A stretch of DNA of 38,549 nt from an uncultured Methanosarcinales archaeon (GCA_964361725.1 CAYIBV010000001.1:1-38549); one strand, 5' to 3'. Counted from the stretch's first letter, positions 24,934 through 33,743 are shown. The notes: a model not told the origin generated them from the letters alone. Translations and numbers: made by a program.

Positions 24934-26670
24934 ATGGCGCAAGGACAAGGTGGAGGCACCGCCAAAGTAGTACTAATTATATTTATCTTAGTTATTCTAG
25001 GTTTAGTAGGCTTCCTGGGATACAAACAAGGCTGGTTTACCAAACAAACGTTTACAGACCTGTGGAAGATTCTTCAAGTCAAAGAATTTTGGATCAATGT
25101 AGGCATCCTTGCAGGAATTGGGTTATTCATCGGCTACTTTGTCCCTCCATTTAAAGACACCCTCAGAGGAAAAGGAGACGACAAGATGGCTGCATATATT
25201 CTGCTTTTCCTTATTCTTGCCGGTTCCATTCTCGCCGCATACAAGATGGGAAACCAGCTCCTGTATGATTATCCTTTGATTCATGATTTCTTTTTTGACG
25301 CCCCTGCACCCGGAGGAAACTTCACCTACAATCCTCTCATCAACGTCGCTATCTTTTGGATTTTCATTTGTTTTGTTCTTCCTTGGTATGAACCCATTAA
25401 GAAACTGACACACAGTTCTGGGGGACAGTCTAATACCGCATTTTATACCATAGCCCTCATCATCAGCGTGGTCATCGCCTCCAAACTCGGAGCAGTAGGT
25501 GTTTGGGAGAACCAAACGTTCTTAGATGCTGAACACGTCCTTGTGGGTGAACGAGTAACCGTCGCTGATCCCCTCGGTGGGCATACCGGATCGTATCAAG
25601 CAACAGCGAAAGGAGTAACAAAAACACAATATGGCATTCTCAAATTTGAAGTGACCACAGGAGGGAAAACAGTATATCCTCTTCCCGTTCTCATCATCGT
25701 CTACGTCCTCCTCTCATTAATATTAGCGTACTACGGCGGTCAACTCGCGCAAAGTGGTTTGGGTGTGCTGGGAAAAGGGGGAAAAGATGTTATCTTAATC
25801 ATTTTCGCCGGCATGGCCGCCAACAGCGGCACTGATCTGAGTTCCGTCATCTGGCTGGCATATTTAGGATTCTTCTTCGCCGTAAAAAGCATGCTTGATA
25901 AAGTAAGTGTTATCCAGAATGAAACGTTTAAGAAATATTTTCCCCTGATGGGCGCCTTTGTCGCCGCAGAACTGTTGGCAGATGTTATTAATCCATTAAA
26001 ACCAATGGGACCACCTATCTTTGAAGGGGATCCCATCTACAAAATCGCTATGGGCACACTTTCAGGAATCGTCATTGCTTTCTTCTTAGGTATGGGAAAA
26101 GGAATATTTGGTCATCTCATGAGAACCAAAGGAAAAACTCAACTCTGTAAAAAGTGTCATTCTGTGTGTACAATAGAAGCAGGAGGAAAAACAGTTTGTC
26201 CTACCTGCAGTTACACTTGCCCAAAATGTGGTATGCGCGGTGTGTCGCAGGGAATCAAAATTATCTGCGCTAACCCTACTTGTGAAAGTGCCGGACAAGA
26301 ATTTTCTGTTCCCATCGAAACAGAAGTCATCAGCGGCTTTGAAAGCTGGGGCGTACGTCTCGTAGAAAAAATATCGCCCTCTAAGAGAGCTGCACAAGCT
26401 GCCAATGAAGAAGAACGAAAAAGGGCAGAACAAGCGCTCGCTGATCTCACAACAGCTCGTGGAGGTGCCGAACTCTTAAATCTGCAGACAAACGCAAAAC
26501 GTATCGTACGCCGTATCAAAGGATTACGAACGTTACTCACCTCAGCGAGAGCTGCTGACAAAGTAACCGTAGAATCGCAACTTCAAGCGTTGTTAGACCA
26601 ACTGGAAGATATTAACGCAAAGATCAAAAAGAAAGGTGGAGAGGAAATAAATGAATCTACAGAGGTATAA
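24934..26670 (+). CDS. polytopic membrane protein with C-terminal zinc ribbons and coiled-coil tail
   Basis: About 8-9 hydrophobic segments. These are followed by CKKCHSVCTIEAGGKTVCPTCSYTCPKCGMRGVSQGIKIICANPTCESAG (several CxxC knuckles) and then a charged helical tail. Confidence 0.6.
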   Translation: MAQGQGGGTAKVVLIIFILVILGLVGFLGYKQGWFTKQTFTDLWKILQVKEFWINVGILAGIGLFIGYFVPPFKDTLRGKGDDKMAAYILLFLILAGSILAAYKMGNQLLYDYPLIHDFFFDAPAPGGNFTYNPLINVAIFWIFICFVLPWYEPIKKLTHSSGGQSNTAFYTIALIISVVIASKLGAVGVWENQTFLDAEHVLVGERVTVADPLGGHTGSYQATAKGVTKTQYGILKFEVTTGGKTVYPLPVLIIVYVLLSLILAYYGGQLAQSGLGVLGKGGKDVILIIFAGMAANSGTDLSSVIWLAYLGFFFAVKSMLDKVSVIQNETFKKYFPLMGAFVAAELLADVINPLKPMGPPIFEGDPIYKIAMGTLSGIVIAFFLGMGKGIFGHLMRTKGKTQLCKKCHSVCTIEAGGKTVCPTCSYTCPKCGMRGVSQGIKIICANPTCESAGQEFSVPIETEVISGFESWGVRLVEKISPSKRAAQAANEEERKRAEQALADLTTARGGAELLNLQTNAKRIVRRIKGLRTLLTSARAADKVTVESQLQALLDQLEDINAKIKKKGGEEINESTEV

Positions 26671-26675
26671 AAACC

Positions 26676-26825
26676 ATGAACCGAGCGACTATTAAACAAA
26701 ACGTGGAACAGAACCTTGCTTCCAACAGAGCGTTACTGACTCAACTCAAAGCAGAATTAGGAGAAGATATCTACACCCGTCTCCTTGCTTCCCTTCCAGA
26801 ACAGAAACGGAGGTTCCTGCAATGA
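26676..26825 (+). CDS. small helical protein (49 aa, below the ORF-track cutoff)
   Basis: Translates MNRATIKQNVEQNLASNRALLTQLKAELGEDIYTRLLASLPEQKRRFLQ. GAGGT lies about 9 nt upstream. The stop forms an ATGA overlap with the next gene. Confidence 0.45.
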   Translation: MNRATIKQNVEQNLASNRALLTQLKAELGEDIYTRLLASLPEQKRRFLQ

Positions 26826-27907
26826 CCCTTGACTCTGCAGCGACCAAAGTAGTGAACTTATATGGCTTTCTGGCAGAACTACAAGACAGATTCAACCAAG
26901 ATCCTGATGCCGCATTAAAGTTATTCCTCGACAACAAAGGAACAATCTTGGAAACCCTGAAACATAACGATCGGGTTGCCGCTTTCTTCTTAGAACGAGT
27001 CAATTTCGAAGAAGTAAAGAATTTTCACAACCGTAAAAAAGCCATCCTCACTTTTGCCACAGAAATTCCTTCTCTCACCTCTCCTCAACAATTACAGCAG
27101 CGCACGGAAGCGTTCCTTGCGTTCATCAAAGATGAAGCGTTCACGCAAAAGATTCGTCATCTTCTCGCCGGCATTGCCAAATATCCGGAAGAACTGAAAT
27201 GGATGCAGCAACTGGAAATACAGCTTGCTACGTTAGAACAACAGTGGAATGACCCTAATGCCCATCCCGCAGAACAAACCTCGGCAATGTTCAAAGCATT
27301 ACATACTGAAATCCCCGAACGCCTGCGCACGGAATTTAACGATCCCCCCATGGCTCAATACATTGAAGAGTACCTGAACCATAACGAGGAACACTTCCAG
27401 CCCATTCCCCGTCCCGGGCCATTAAAAGTCCTCCTGATCCGTATCATCGAAGCCCTGCAGAGGCCGGAAATGCAGCAGGGACGATTCGTGCAGGCAAAGA
27501 CCGCACTGCTACAAGAAATAACACGAGAACAGGCAGAATTACAGAAACATCAAGTTAAAGTAATTGACAGTATCAAATCAAACACGCAGCGACTCCTTCA
27601 ACAGTTAGAAGTAGTGATGGGTGATTTGTACGAACAAGCGGCAGCGGAAGGAAACCTTGCCGGGTTATACGTTTCGTTACTTGCCCTCCTTGCCGATAAA
27701 ATCCATATCAACGCCGCCATCCTGCAGGAACTGCAAGTCAACCCCGATGATGCCACTGCAGAACCGCGCGTGGCTTCATATCTGGAACAATATCTTACAT
27801 TGGTAAAAGAAACAGATAAACTGCTTGGCCATATCAAAACCATGGGAAAAGTCGTGGTGAACAGAGAAGAATTAGGAAAGAAGTCATTAAAGAGGATAAA
27901 AGTATAA
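26822..27907 (+). CDS. all-helical soluble protein of unknown function (361 aa)
   Basis: Long ORF coupled by an ATGA overlap to the upstream small ORF. There are no TM segments and no motif I can name. Confidence 0.55.
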   Translation: MTLDSAATKVVNLYGFLAELQDRFNQDPDAALKLFLDNKGTILETLKHNDRVAAFFLERVNFEEVKNFHNRKKAILTFATEIPSLTSPQQLQQRTEAFLAFIKDEAFTQKIRHLLAGIAKYPEELKWMQQLEIQLATLEQQWNDPNAHPAEQTSAMFKALHTEIPERLRTEFNDPPMAQYIEEYLNHNEEHFQPIPRPGPLKVLLIRIIEALQRPEMQQGRFVQAKTALLQEITREQAELQKHQVKVIDSIKSNTQRLLQQLEVVMGDLYEQAAAEGNLAGLYVSLLALLADKIHINAAILQELQVNPDDATAEPRVASYLEQYLTLVKETDKLLGHIKTMGKVVVNREELGKKSLKRIKV

Positions 27908-27948
27908 CTCTACAAAGAAGATAAAAGAAAGTATAACCATAAACAAAC

Positions 27949-29754
27949 ATGAACAAACAAACAATAATGATTTGTATGGTACTTTTTCTGTTAATAGTTC
28001 CCTCTGTCATAGCCGCCCCGTTTGATTTCCTCAACAACATCCGCGTGGGCAGTACGGGCTTTGGGGCTTATGACCGGCATAAAGACATCCTCGATTTTGG
28101 TATCTTCTTTATCTTGTTCTTAGCGGTAACATGGCTCTCCATCCGCTCGTTCTATTCAGAGAAAGAACAACGAAATCCCGCGCTGGCTATTGCCATCGTT
28201 GTAGCGATCGCTTTGGCCATCGCCGCATTAAAAGCAGGATTAAGTCCTTCGTTTGCGGGCCCATTTATGAAATACGTCCTGTTCTTTCTGGGAGTGGTGT
28301 TGCTGTACTTGATATTTGTCAAACTCTTCCACGTGGAAACTGCCGGAGGAAGGATCCTCGTCTTTATTCTCGCTCTTCTCTTGTTATGGCTGTTATTCAA
28401 CCTTGCCAACTTTAGTTTTGAACGATCACGGATCGATCTTCCTAGTGGAGGAGGGGCATGGGAAAAAACCAAAGACTTCTTTCGCGGACTGACAAAAGCC
28501 CCTACGAGGACTATCAGTGTAGAAGGAGAAGAAGAGGGTGAAGAAGTAGAACTGGAAGAAAAGCAAAAAGAAGGGCCGAGTATTGCTGACCAAGCCAGCA
28601 AGAAAGCAAGCGACATCTGGAGTTCTATCACTGGTTTCTTCAAAAAGAAATGCGAATCAGACGCTGAATGCAATGGTGGCAGTTGTAAAGTGAGTACAGA
28701 TGGTAAAACAAAATCATGCGTAGAATGTACGTCTGATACGCAGTGTAAAGACAACAAAGTATGTGACTTAAAAGAAAATGAATGTGTTGAAGGGACTCAA
28801 GAGAAAACAGAAGAAACGAAACTAGAGGAAGAAGAAAAATGTACCACCAATGAAGACTGTTCTTCCGACCAGTATTGTGATACTGCTACGAAAATATGTG
28901 TGGTCAATACCATAACTAAAACTGGATGTACCACAGATAATGAATGTAGTGATACAGAAACATGTGATACCGCAACAAAGACATGTGTGCCAATACCTGC
29001 CGCTCCCACTAAAAAAGAATGTACTACCTCTCGTGAATGCCCTCCAGAAAAACCAGCTTGTAATTCTGGTGAGTGCATGGAAGGTGAGTGTGGTACAGAG
29101 TTAATCTGTCTTCCTGAAAAACCCATTTGTATCTGGGAAAACGCAGAAAAAACAAAAACAACATGTGTTCAGTGTATAAAAAACGAAAACTGCCCTTCCG
29201 GTTCAATTTGTGATAGTAAAACGTCTACTTGTATCAGTAGTCAGCCAACACAAATTAAACCAGAGGAAATAGAGGGATACACGCTCTATCCCACATTCGA
29301 TTTACGTGGACCAGCCATTTTTACTGCCACCTCTTATGCAGAATGTGCCAGTCAATGTAATGGAATGGATGAATGTGCCGCTTTTGTCTGGGTAAGAACA
29401 GACAATAAATGCTATGGCAAAAACACTAAAATAGTACGAGAAAATATCCCTCAAAATCCAAACACAGATTTGTATAAAAAGCAAACAGGATTCTTTCATT
29501 CTTTAGCCCAGAATGGGGGTACAATTGGTTTAATTGCCGGAGGCGTACTTCTCCTCTTTGTCTTAGTGGTTATAGGACGATCAGTATATAACAGAAGAGC
29601 TGGCGGAAACAGTTCATACAGAAATAAAGCAGAGTTCACGGCAGAACTCCGCACTACACTCCATGATCTTGAACAAGAAGTAGGAAACCACATGACAGAC
29701 CAGTTTGAGCTCTATGACCGGTTCCTCAACAATTTAAAAAGAGGTGGCTCATGA
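27949..29754 (+). CDS. membrane protein with seven 4-Cys repeats, PAN/Apple-like module and C-terminal TM anchor
   Basis: Signal-like N-terminus followed by about 5 TM segments and an acidic linker. Seven C-x5-C-x4-6-C-x4-12-C units lie at 28651-29232. ECASQCNGMDECAAFVWVRTDNKCYGK is PAN/Apple-like. The final TM is followed by the tail RRAGGNSSYRNK. Confidence 0.6.
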   Translation: MNKQTIMICMVLFLLIVPSVIAAPFDFLNNIRVGSTGFGAYDRHKDILDFGIFFILFLAVTWLSIRSFYSEKEQRNPALAIAIVVAIALAIAALKAGLSPSFAGPFMKYVLFFLGVVLLYLIFVKLFHVETAGGRILVFILALLLLWLLFNLANFSFERSRIDLPSGGGAWEKTKDFFRGLTKAPTRTISVEGEEEGEEVELEEKQKEGPSIADQASKKASDIWSSITGFFKKKCESDAECNGGSCKVSTDGKTKSCVECTSDTQCKDNKVCDLKENECVEGTQEKTEETKLEEEEKCTTNEDCSSDQYCDTATKICVVNTITKTGCTTDNECSDTETCDTATKTCVPIPAAPTKKECTTSRECPPEKPACNSGECMEGECGTELICLPEKPICIWENAEKTKTTCVQCIKNENCPSGSICDSKTSTCISSQPTQIKPEEIEGYTLYPTFDLRGPAIFTATSYAECASQCNGMDECAAFVWVRTDNKCYGKNTKIVRENIPQNPNTDLYKKQTGFFHSLAQNGGTIGLIAGGVLLLFVLVVIGRSVYNRRAGGNSSYRNKAEFTAELRTTLHDLEQEVGNHMTDQFELYDRFLNNLKRGGS

Positions 29755-30122
29755 CGAGAGATGTGGGAAGTCTTCATCCTTCCGAAGCGTTAAAGCTTCA
29801 GGCGTTGTTTGAGTTAGATGAATATGAGTTATGGGCACGGTACGACGCGTACGCAGCAGAACTAAACAGGAGCGGATTGCACTCTGCAGACATGTTTGTA
29901 GGGTTTATTTTAGAGTTCAGAAATTGGCATGAGAAGATGATTGCCATCCTCCAGAAACTCTACGTCCTCCTCCAGGATAAATATGCCAAAGAATCAAAAC
30001 ATGACTTTACATCAAATCTCGCAGAGATTGAAAGTCTGCTCCATCAGCTGGAAGGAAAAGAAGAGATCAGTGATTTTAAATATAGGTTGGAACATCTTTA
30101 CACGCAACTATCTAGAGTTTAG
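29751..30122 (+). CDS. small helical protein, partner of the Cys-repeat protein (copy 1)
   Basis: ATGA overlap with the upstream gene. RYDAYAAELNRSGL...EFRNWHEK aligns by eye with RCSAYSTELQKKSL...EYKHWLEQ of 31949-32419. Confidence 0.55.
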   Translation: MTRDVGSLHPSEALKLQALFELDEYELWARYDAYAAELNRSGLHSADMFVGFILEFRNWHEKMIAILQKLYVLLQDKYAKESKHDFTSNLAEIESLLHQLEGKEEISDFKYRLEHLYTQLSRV

Positions 30123-30140
30123 ATGTAGATAATCTTAAAT

Positions 30141-30175
30141 GATAATAACATTAATAAACCTCTTCCTCTTTTTAT
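30141..30175 (+). repeat. direct repeat, left copy (contains a TATA-like box for the MNT gene)
   Basis: GATAATAACATTAATAAACCTCTTCCTCTTTTTAT. It shares GATAA, the exact 12-mer TTAATAAACCTC and TTTTTAT with 30991-31020. Confidence 0.5.
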
Positions 30176-30181
30176 AACTTT

Positions 30182-30577
30182 ATGAATATCAATAGAACAG
30201 CGATAACACGCATTGCACAAAAGCACCATCTTCGTCTTCTTGTTCTTTTTGGCTCCCATGCCACGGGGAAAACTCACCCCAAAAGCGATATTGACTTTGC
30301 GTTTTATGCTTTACATCCGGTGAATGAACAACAATTGTACGATGATCTTGCCGCCCTCTTCAAACGTGAAGACATAGATGTCCTAAATCTCGTTACTACC
30401 CACAATCACTACCTCCGCTTTAAGATACTTCATACAGGAAAAGTGGTGTATGAAGAAAAATACGGTGTATACGACCGCATGAAAGGGGAAAGTTATTTTG
30501 ATTACATCGATTTCAGGAAATATTATGATCTTCATGATAAGCTTCTTAGCCAGAGAATCGCTGGGATGAGCATCTAA
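30182..30577 (+). CDS. mntA: MNT-type nucleotidyltransferase (antitoxin of a HepT/MNT pair)
   Basis: LLVLFGSHATGKTHPKSDIDFAF matches the GS-x(n)-DxD minimal nucleotidyltransferase motif. Confidence 0.7.
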   Translation: MNINRTAITRIAQKHHLRLLVLFGSHATGKTHPKSDIDFAFYALHPVNEQQLYDDLAALFKREDIDVLNLVTTHNHYLRFKILHTGKVVYEEKYGVYDRMKGESYFDYIDFRKYYDLHDKLLSQRIAGMSI

Positions 30578-30578
30578 C

Positions 30579-30992
30579 ATGGATAAAACACTCTTACAGC
30601 AAAAACTTGAACTTCTTGCAGATCTCTTGGAAAAAATAAAACAGATTTTGCTGGAACACGACAAAAATCAAAAATTGCAAGAATTCCTCCTCTACGCCGC
30701 TGAAAAAAAAGCAGAAGAGATTGTAGAATTAGCCGTTACTATTAACCAAGAAATTCTGGGAAGTAAAGGCAAAATTGCGTTGAGTTATTATGAAACATTT
30801 AGCCATCTTTCACGATTCTCTCTGTTTACAGAAGAAGAGCTAAGACAGCTTGCCAGCACTGCTGGTTTCCGTAACCGTCTTGCCCATGAGTATCTCGAAA
30901 TAGATCGCCACATTGCTCTTCGTACCATGAAAAACATGATGCCTTTATATTCTCTGTATCTTCAAAGAATTAAAAAATTCAGCTCAAAGTGA
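30579..30992 (+). CDS. hepT: HepT/DUF86 HEPN-domain toxin
   Basis: FRNRLAHEYLEID contains the R-x4-H HEPN motif. The gene starts 1 nt after the MNT stop. Confidence 0.7.
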   Translation: MDKTLLQQKLELLADLLEKIKQILLEHDKNQKLQEFLLYAAEKKAEEIVELAVTINQEILGSKGKIALSYYETFSHLSRFSLFTEEELRQLASTAGFRNRLAHEYLEIDRHIALRTMKNMMPLYSLYLQRIKKFSSK

Positions 30993-31020
30993 TAACTTTA
31001 ATAAACCTCATTATTTTTAT
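30991..31020 (+). repeat. direct repeat, right copy (contains a TATA-like box for the 31029 gene)
   Basis: GATAACTTTAATAAACCTCATTATTTTTAT. See the left copy at 30141-30175. Confidence 0.5.
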
Positions 31021-31028
31021 GGAGTATA

Positions 31029-31949
31029 ATGGCAGAACAACAGGGTGGTAAGTCTGGATTCACGCGATTTCTGATATGGTTCTTCATAATACTCTTACTC
31101 CTCTACCTCCTTCTCGGACCGATCTTTAACATTGTCTCCCGCTGGAAACAGACAGACAAATGGTCCTTTGAAGGATCTGACCTCAACCCCATATCTTCGG
31201 TAAAATCAATCTCAAAAATCACAGAAACATTTACCGGCAAGTCCTGTAAAACGAATGATGATTGTACCACAGAAGAGGGAAAACCAAACTGCGTGGAAAA
31301 TAAATGCTGGGAATGCGGAACGGATGAACAATGTGCTGGCAACACTAAAGGAACCATCTGTTTAGAGAAAGAATGTGTGCAGTGTGGAACCGTCAAAGAC
31401 TGTCCAGAAGGCAACTTTGCCTGTGATGACAATAAATGTGTGGTGTGTACGGAAGACGAACAGTGTGTAGAAAACAACAAAGGAAAAGCCTGCGTGGAAA
31501 ACAAATGCGTTCTTTGCGATGATGATGAAGATTGTGGAGCAGGCTCAGTATGTACCAATAAAAATACCTGCGTAGAATGCATTAAAGATTCTGATTGCAA
31601 GGACAAGCCAGATAATAAAAAATGTCTCTCTGACAAAAACATCTGCGCACAATGCCGCACCGACAGTGACTGCGGTGGGGGGGCATGTATTCTCACCGAC
31701 AACACCTGTAAAGAATGCCGTGACAATACACAATGTAAAGATGGTTTTGAATGTGAAAACAACAAGTGTGAAGAAACTACGTTTCATTCTTTTGGAGGTT
31801 GGAAGACCATTGGCATTGGAGCGGGTCTTCTCATTGCGGGCATTGTTCTCTTCTTTAAATTTGGAAGAACTGGCGGAAAAAGTTCTAGAACACCTCGTCA
31901 CGAAGCTGCCCCTGCCGCTCCCTCGCGTGCAAGAGAGGAGGAGTACTGA
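31029..31949 (+). CDS. bitopic membrane protein with eight 4-Cys repeats (paralog of the 27949-29754 ectodomain)
   Basis: N-terminal TM segment. Eight units of C-x5-C-x4-8-C-x4-6-C-x2 lie at 31245-31769. The C-terminal TM is followed by the tail GRTGGKSSRTPRHE, similar to the RRAGGNSS tail of the paralog. Confidence 0.6.
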   Translation: MAEQQGGKSGFTRFLIWFFIILLLLYLLLGPIFNIVSRWKQTDKWSFEGSDLNPISSVKSISKITETFTGKSCKTNDDCTTEEGKPNCVENKCWECGTDEQCAGNTKGTICLEKECVQCGTVKDCPEGNFACDDNKCVVCTEDEQCVENNKGKACVENKCVLCDDDEDCGAGSVCTNKNTCVECIKDSDCKDKPDNKKCLSDKNICAQCRTDSDCGGGACILTDNTCKECRDNTQCKDGFECENNKCEETTFHSFGGWKTIGIGAGLLIAGIVLFFKFGRTGGKSSRTPRHEAAPAAPSRAREEEY

Positions 31950-32419
31950 TGACAGAGCTCAGCGCCTTTGCCGAAAAAGAAATTTTATCATTCAACCTCC
32001 TTTCCAAACTCTCAGAGGAACAGATTAAAAGAAGATGCTCTGCGTACAGCACGGAATTGCAAAAGAAAAGCCTGCAGCCTCTCTCGTATGCCCTTACTGC
32101 CATCGAATACAAACACTGGCTGGAGCAGGCAGAACAATGGTTTAACGCAGTAGGAAAGTATTATTCACATCATGATATTATCACACAACTCATTAAAACC
32201 ATCCGTCTGGGCGTCACACAAAACGTTCAGGCAAAACAAACGCTGGATCAGTACGCTCTCCTCGTCAAACTCGTCGCCATTTCCGATCAGGGCCATCATC
32301 TTCTTCAGAACCAGAACCTAAGCGTATTCACTTGTATGATCTGCCATCAGGTATTTACCGATGTGCTGAATATGCCGCAGATTCCGGGTTGTACTTCACA
32401 GCAACAGAAAGCAGCGTAA
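31949..32419 (+). CDS. small helical protein, partner of the Cys-repeat protein (copy 2)
   Basis: TGATG overlap with the upstream gene. By-eye paralogy to 29751-30122. Confidence 0.55.
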   Translation: MTELSAFAEKEILSFNLLSKLSEEQIKRRCSAYSTELQKKSLQPLSYALTAIEYKHWLEQAEQWFNAVGKYYSHHDIITQLIKTIRLGVTQNVQAKQTLDQYALLVKLVAISDQGHHLLQNQNLSVFTCMICHQVFTDVLNMPQIPGCTSQQQKAA

Positions 32420-32574
32420 AACACAAAGACAACCCAAAAATTAATGAAAGACACAGGTAATGCCCATTAACAGTATGTCTTTCAAACTTTAGTTGAGGAA
32501 ATACACTCTGCGAAACTATTGTCGTCAACTAAATCATAGAAACATTTAAATAGAAAGAAACGTAAAACAAAAGT

Positions 32575-32766
32575 ATGACCACTGAAGTTAAAACAGCTCA
32601 TGATGATTTGGAGACATACCAAAAGCGTATCGAATTACTGATAGGTGCCCGTTTCTCTGAGTCCAAAAACATACAATCTGCAGTGGAAACACAAGACAAC
32701 ATCCGGAAAAAAATCGGCGCTTGGGAAGGCACAAAAGAGATCCGACGATGGCGTCAGCAGAATTAA
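32575..32766 (+). CDS. VapB-like antitoxin candidate
   Basis: 63-aa ORF overlapping the PIN gene start. The C-terminal KKIGAWEGTKEIRRWR resembles archaeal VapB tails. AACATTTAAATAG lies about 25 nt upstream. Confidence 0.45.
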   Translation: MTTEVKTAHDDLETYQKRIELLIGARFSESKNIQSAVETQDNIRKKIGAWEGTKEIRRWRQQN

Positions 32767-33176
32767 AATCTGTGATAGACTCTTCTGTAATCATAAAATG
32801 GTTCTGTGAGGAAGAAGATACCCCAAAAGCATTAGCCCTGCGAGAAAATTATTGTCAAGGTAACGCGGAAATAGTCTTCCCTGATTTATCTCTCTATGAA
32901 GTTGCTAACGCTCTCAGGCACAATAAATCCATTACAGAAAACGATGTTAAAATAGCTGTGGAAAGCCTCATTAAGATGAATGTAGAAATTGTCGTCCCTA
33001 CTATGGATGTGATGAAATCAGCGATTAACTTTGCTTTCCGCTACAATATTACGGTATACGATGCTTATTTCCTCGCTCTTGCACAAACTTTACGATTCAC
33101 GTTGATTACTGCTGATGAATCATTCTATACCAAAGTTAAAAGCATTCCTTTTGTCACATTACTAAAAGACATCTAA
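32748..33176 (+). CDS. vapC: PIN-domain ribonuclease (VapC-type toxin)
   Basis: ATG at 32748. The acidic quartet is in PIN order: VIDSS, LYEV, TVYDAYF, ITADE. Confidence 0.7.
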   Translation: MASAELKSVIDSSVIIKWFCEEEDTPKALALRENYCQGNAEIVFPDLSLYEVANALRHNKSITENDVKIAVESLIKMNVEIVVPTMDVMKSAINFAFRYNITVYDAYFLALAQTLRFTLITADESFYTKVKSIPFVTLLKDI

Positions 33177-33194
33177 CCAAAAATTGTACTTTGC

Positions 33195-33743
33195 TTATAA
33201 ATTTTCCAAATACTTCAAGAATTTATCGTACTCCTGCAATTCTACTTCAAAGGACTGAATCCATTTAATCGTCTCACCCACTTCCTGCACTAACGCCGCA
33301 GTATCCTTGCGCAATTGATCAAATAATGGTTGGTTGGGCTTTTTCTCATACACCTCTAACTTTGTCTCCAACTTCTCCAGATTATCACGCATCGTTCCCG
33401 TAGTCCGGGATAATTCTTTTGCAAAATAACTGAGGGCAATATGCATCCCCTGTTTCAACTTCTCTAAAGAAACTCTAAGATTAGCCGGAAGAACCGCTTC
33501 TAACTCTTCAATATCTTTCTCTAAATCAATTTGATTGATGCGCCGCTCCGTCCGCCCGATGCGGGTGCGGAATAAGCGTATAGCTGCTTTAATATCTTGT
33601 TTAGACTGCCGGGGATTCTTTGCTATATCGATCTGCAACTTGAGAAGATCTTCTTTCTCCTCCTGAAGATACTTGTATTCCGCCGCAGCCTGACCGATAG
33701 CTTTTACCGCATCCTCACGTAAATCTTTAACTTTTCTTCCCAT
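33195..33743 (-). CDS. all-helical coiled-coil protein (182 aa)
   Basis: ORF with ATG start and charged heptad-like sequence throughout. No motif I can name. Confidence 0.5.
   Translation of the reverse strand: MGRKVKDLREDAVKAIGQAAAEYKYLQEEKEDLLKLQIDIAKNPRQSKQDIKAAIRLFRTRIGRTERRINQIDLEKDIEELEAVLPANLRVSLEKLKQGMHIALSYFAKELSRTTGTMRDNLEKLETKLEVYEKKPNQPLFDQLRKDTAALVQEVGETIKWIQSFEVELQEYDKFLKYLENL

Noticed and set aside
28152-29126. Minus-strand ORFs of 201 and 109 aa, and likewise the 220-aa ORF at 31103-31765
   Set aside because: They are antisense to the Cys-repeat regions. The repetitive TGT/GAA-rich sense sequence is simply free of stops on the opposite strand. The translations are Ser/His/Leu low-complexity.
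17687-33176. Integrated virus, plasmid or genomic island
   Set aside because: No integrase, transposase, capsid or replication genes are seen. A ribosomal protein gene (L35Ae) sits in the middle. The tRNA genes nearby are full-length and divergent rather than att-type partial duplicates. Only the TA cassettes look mobile.
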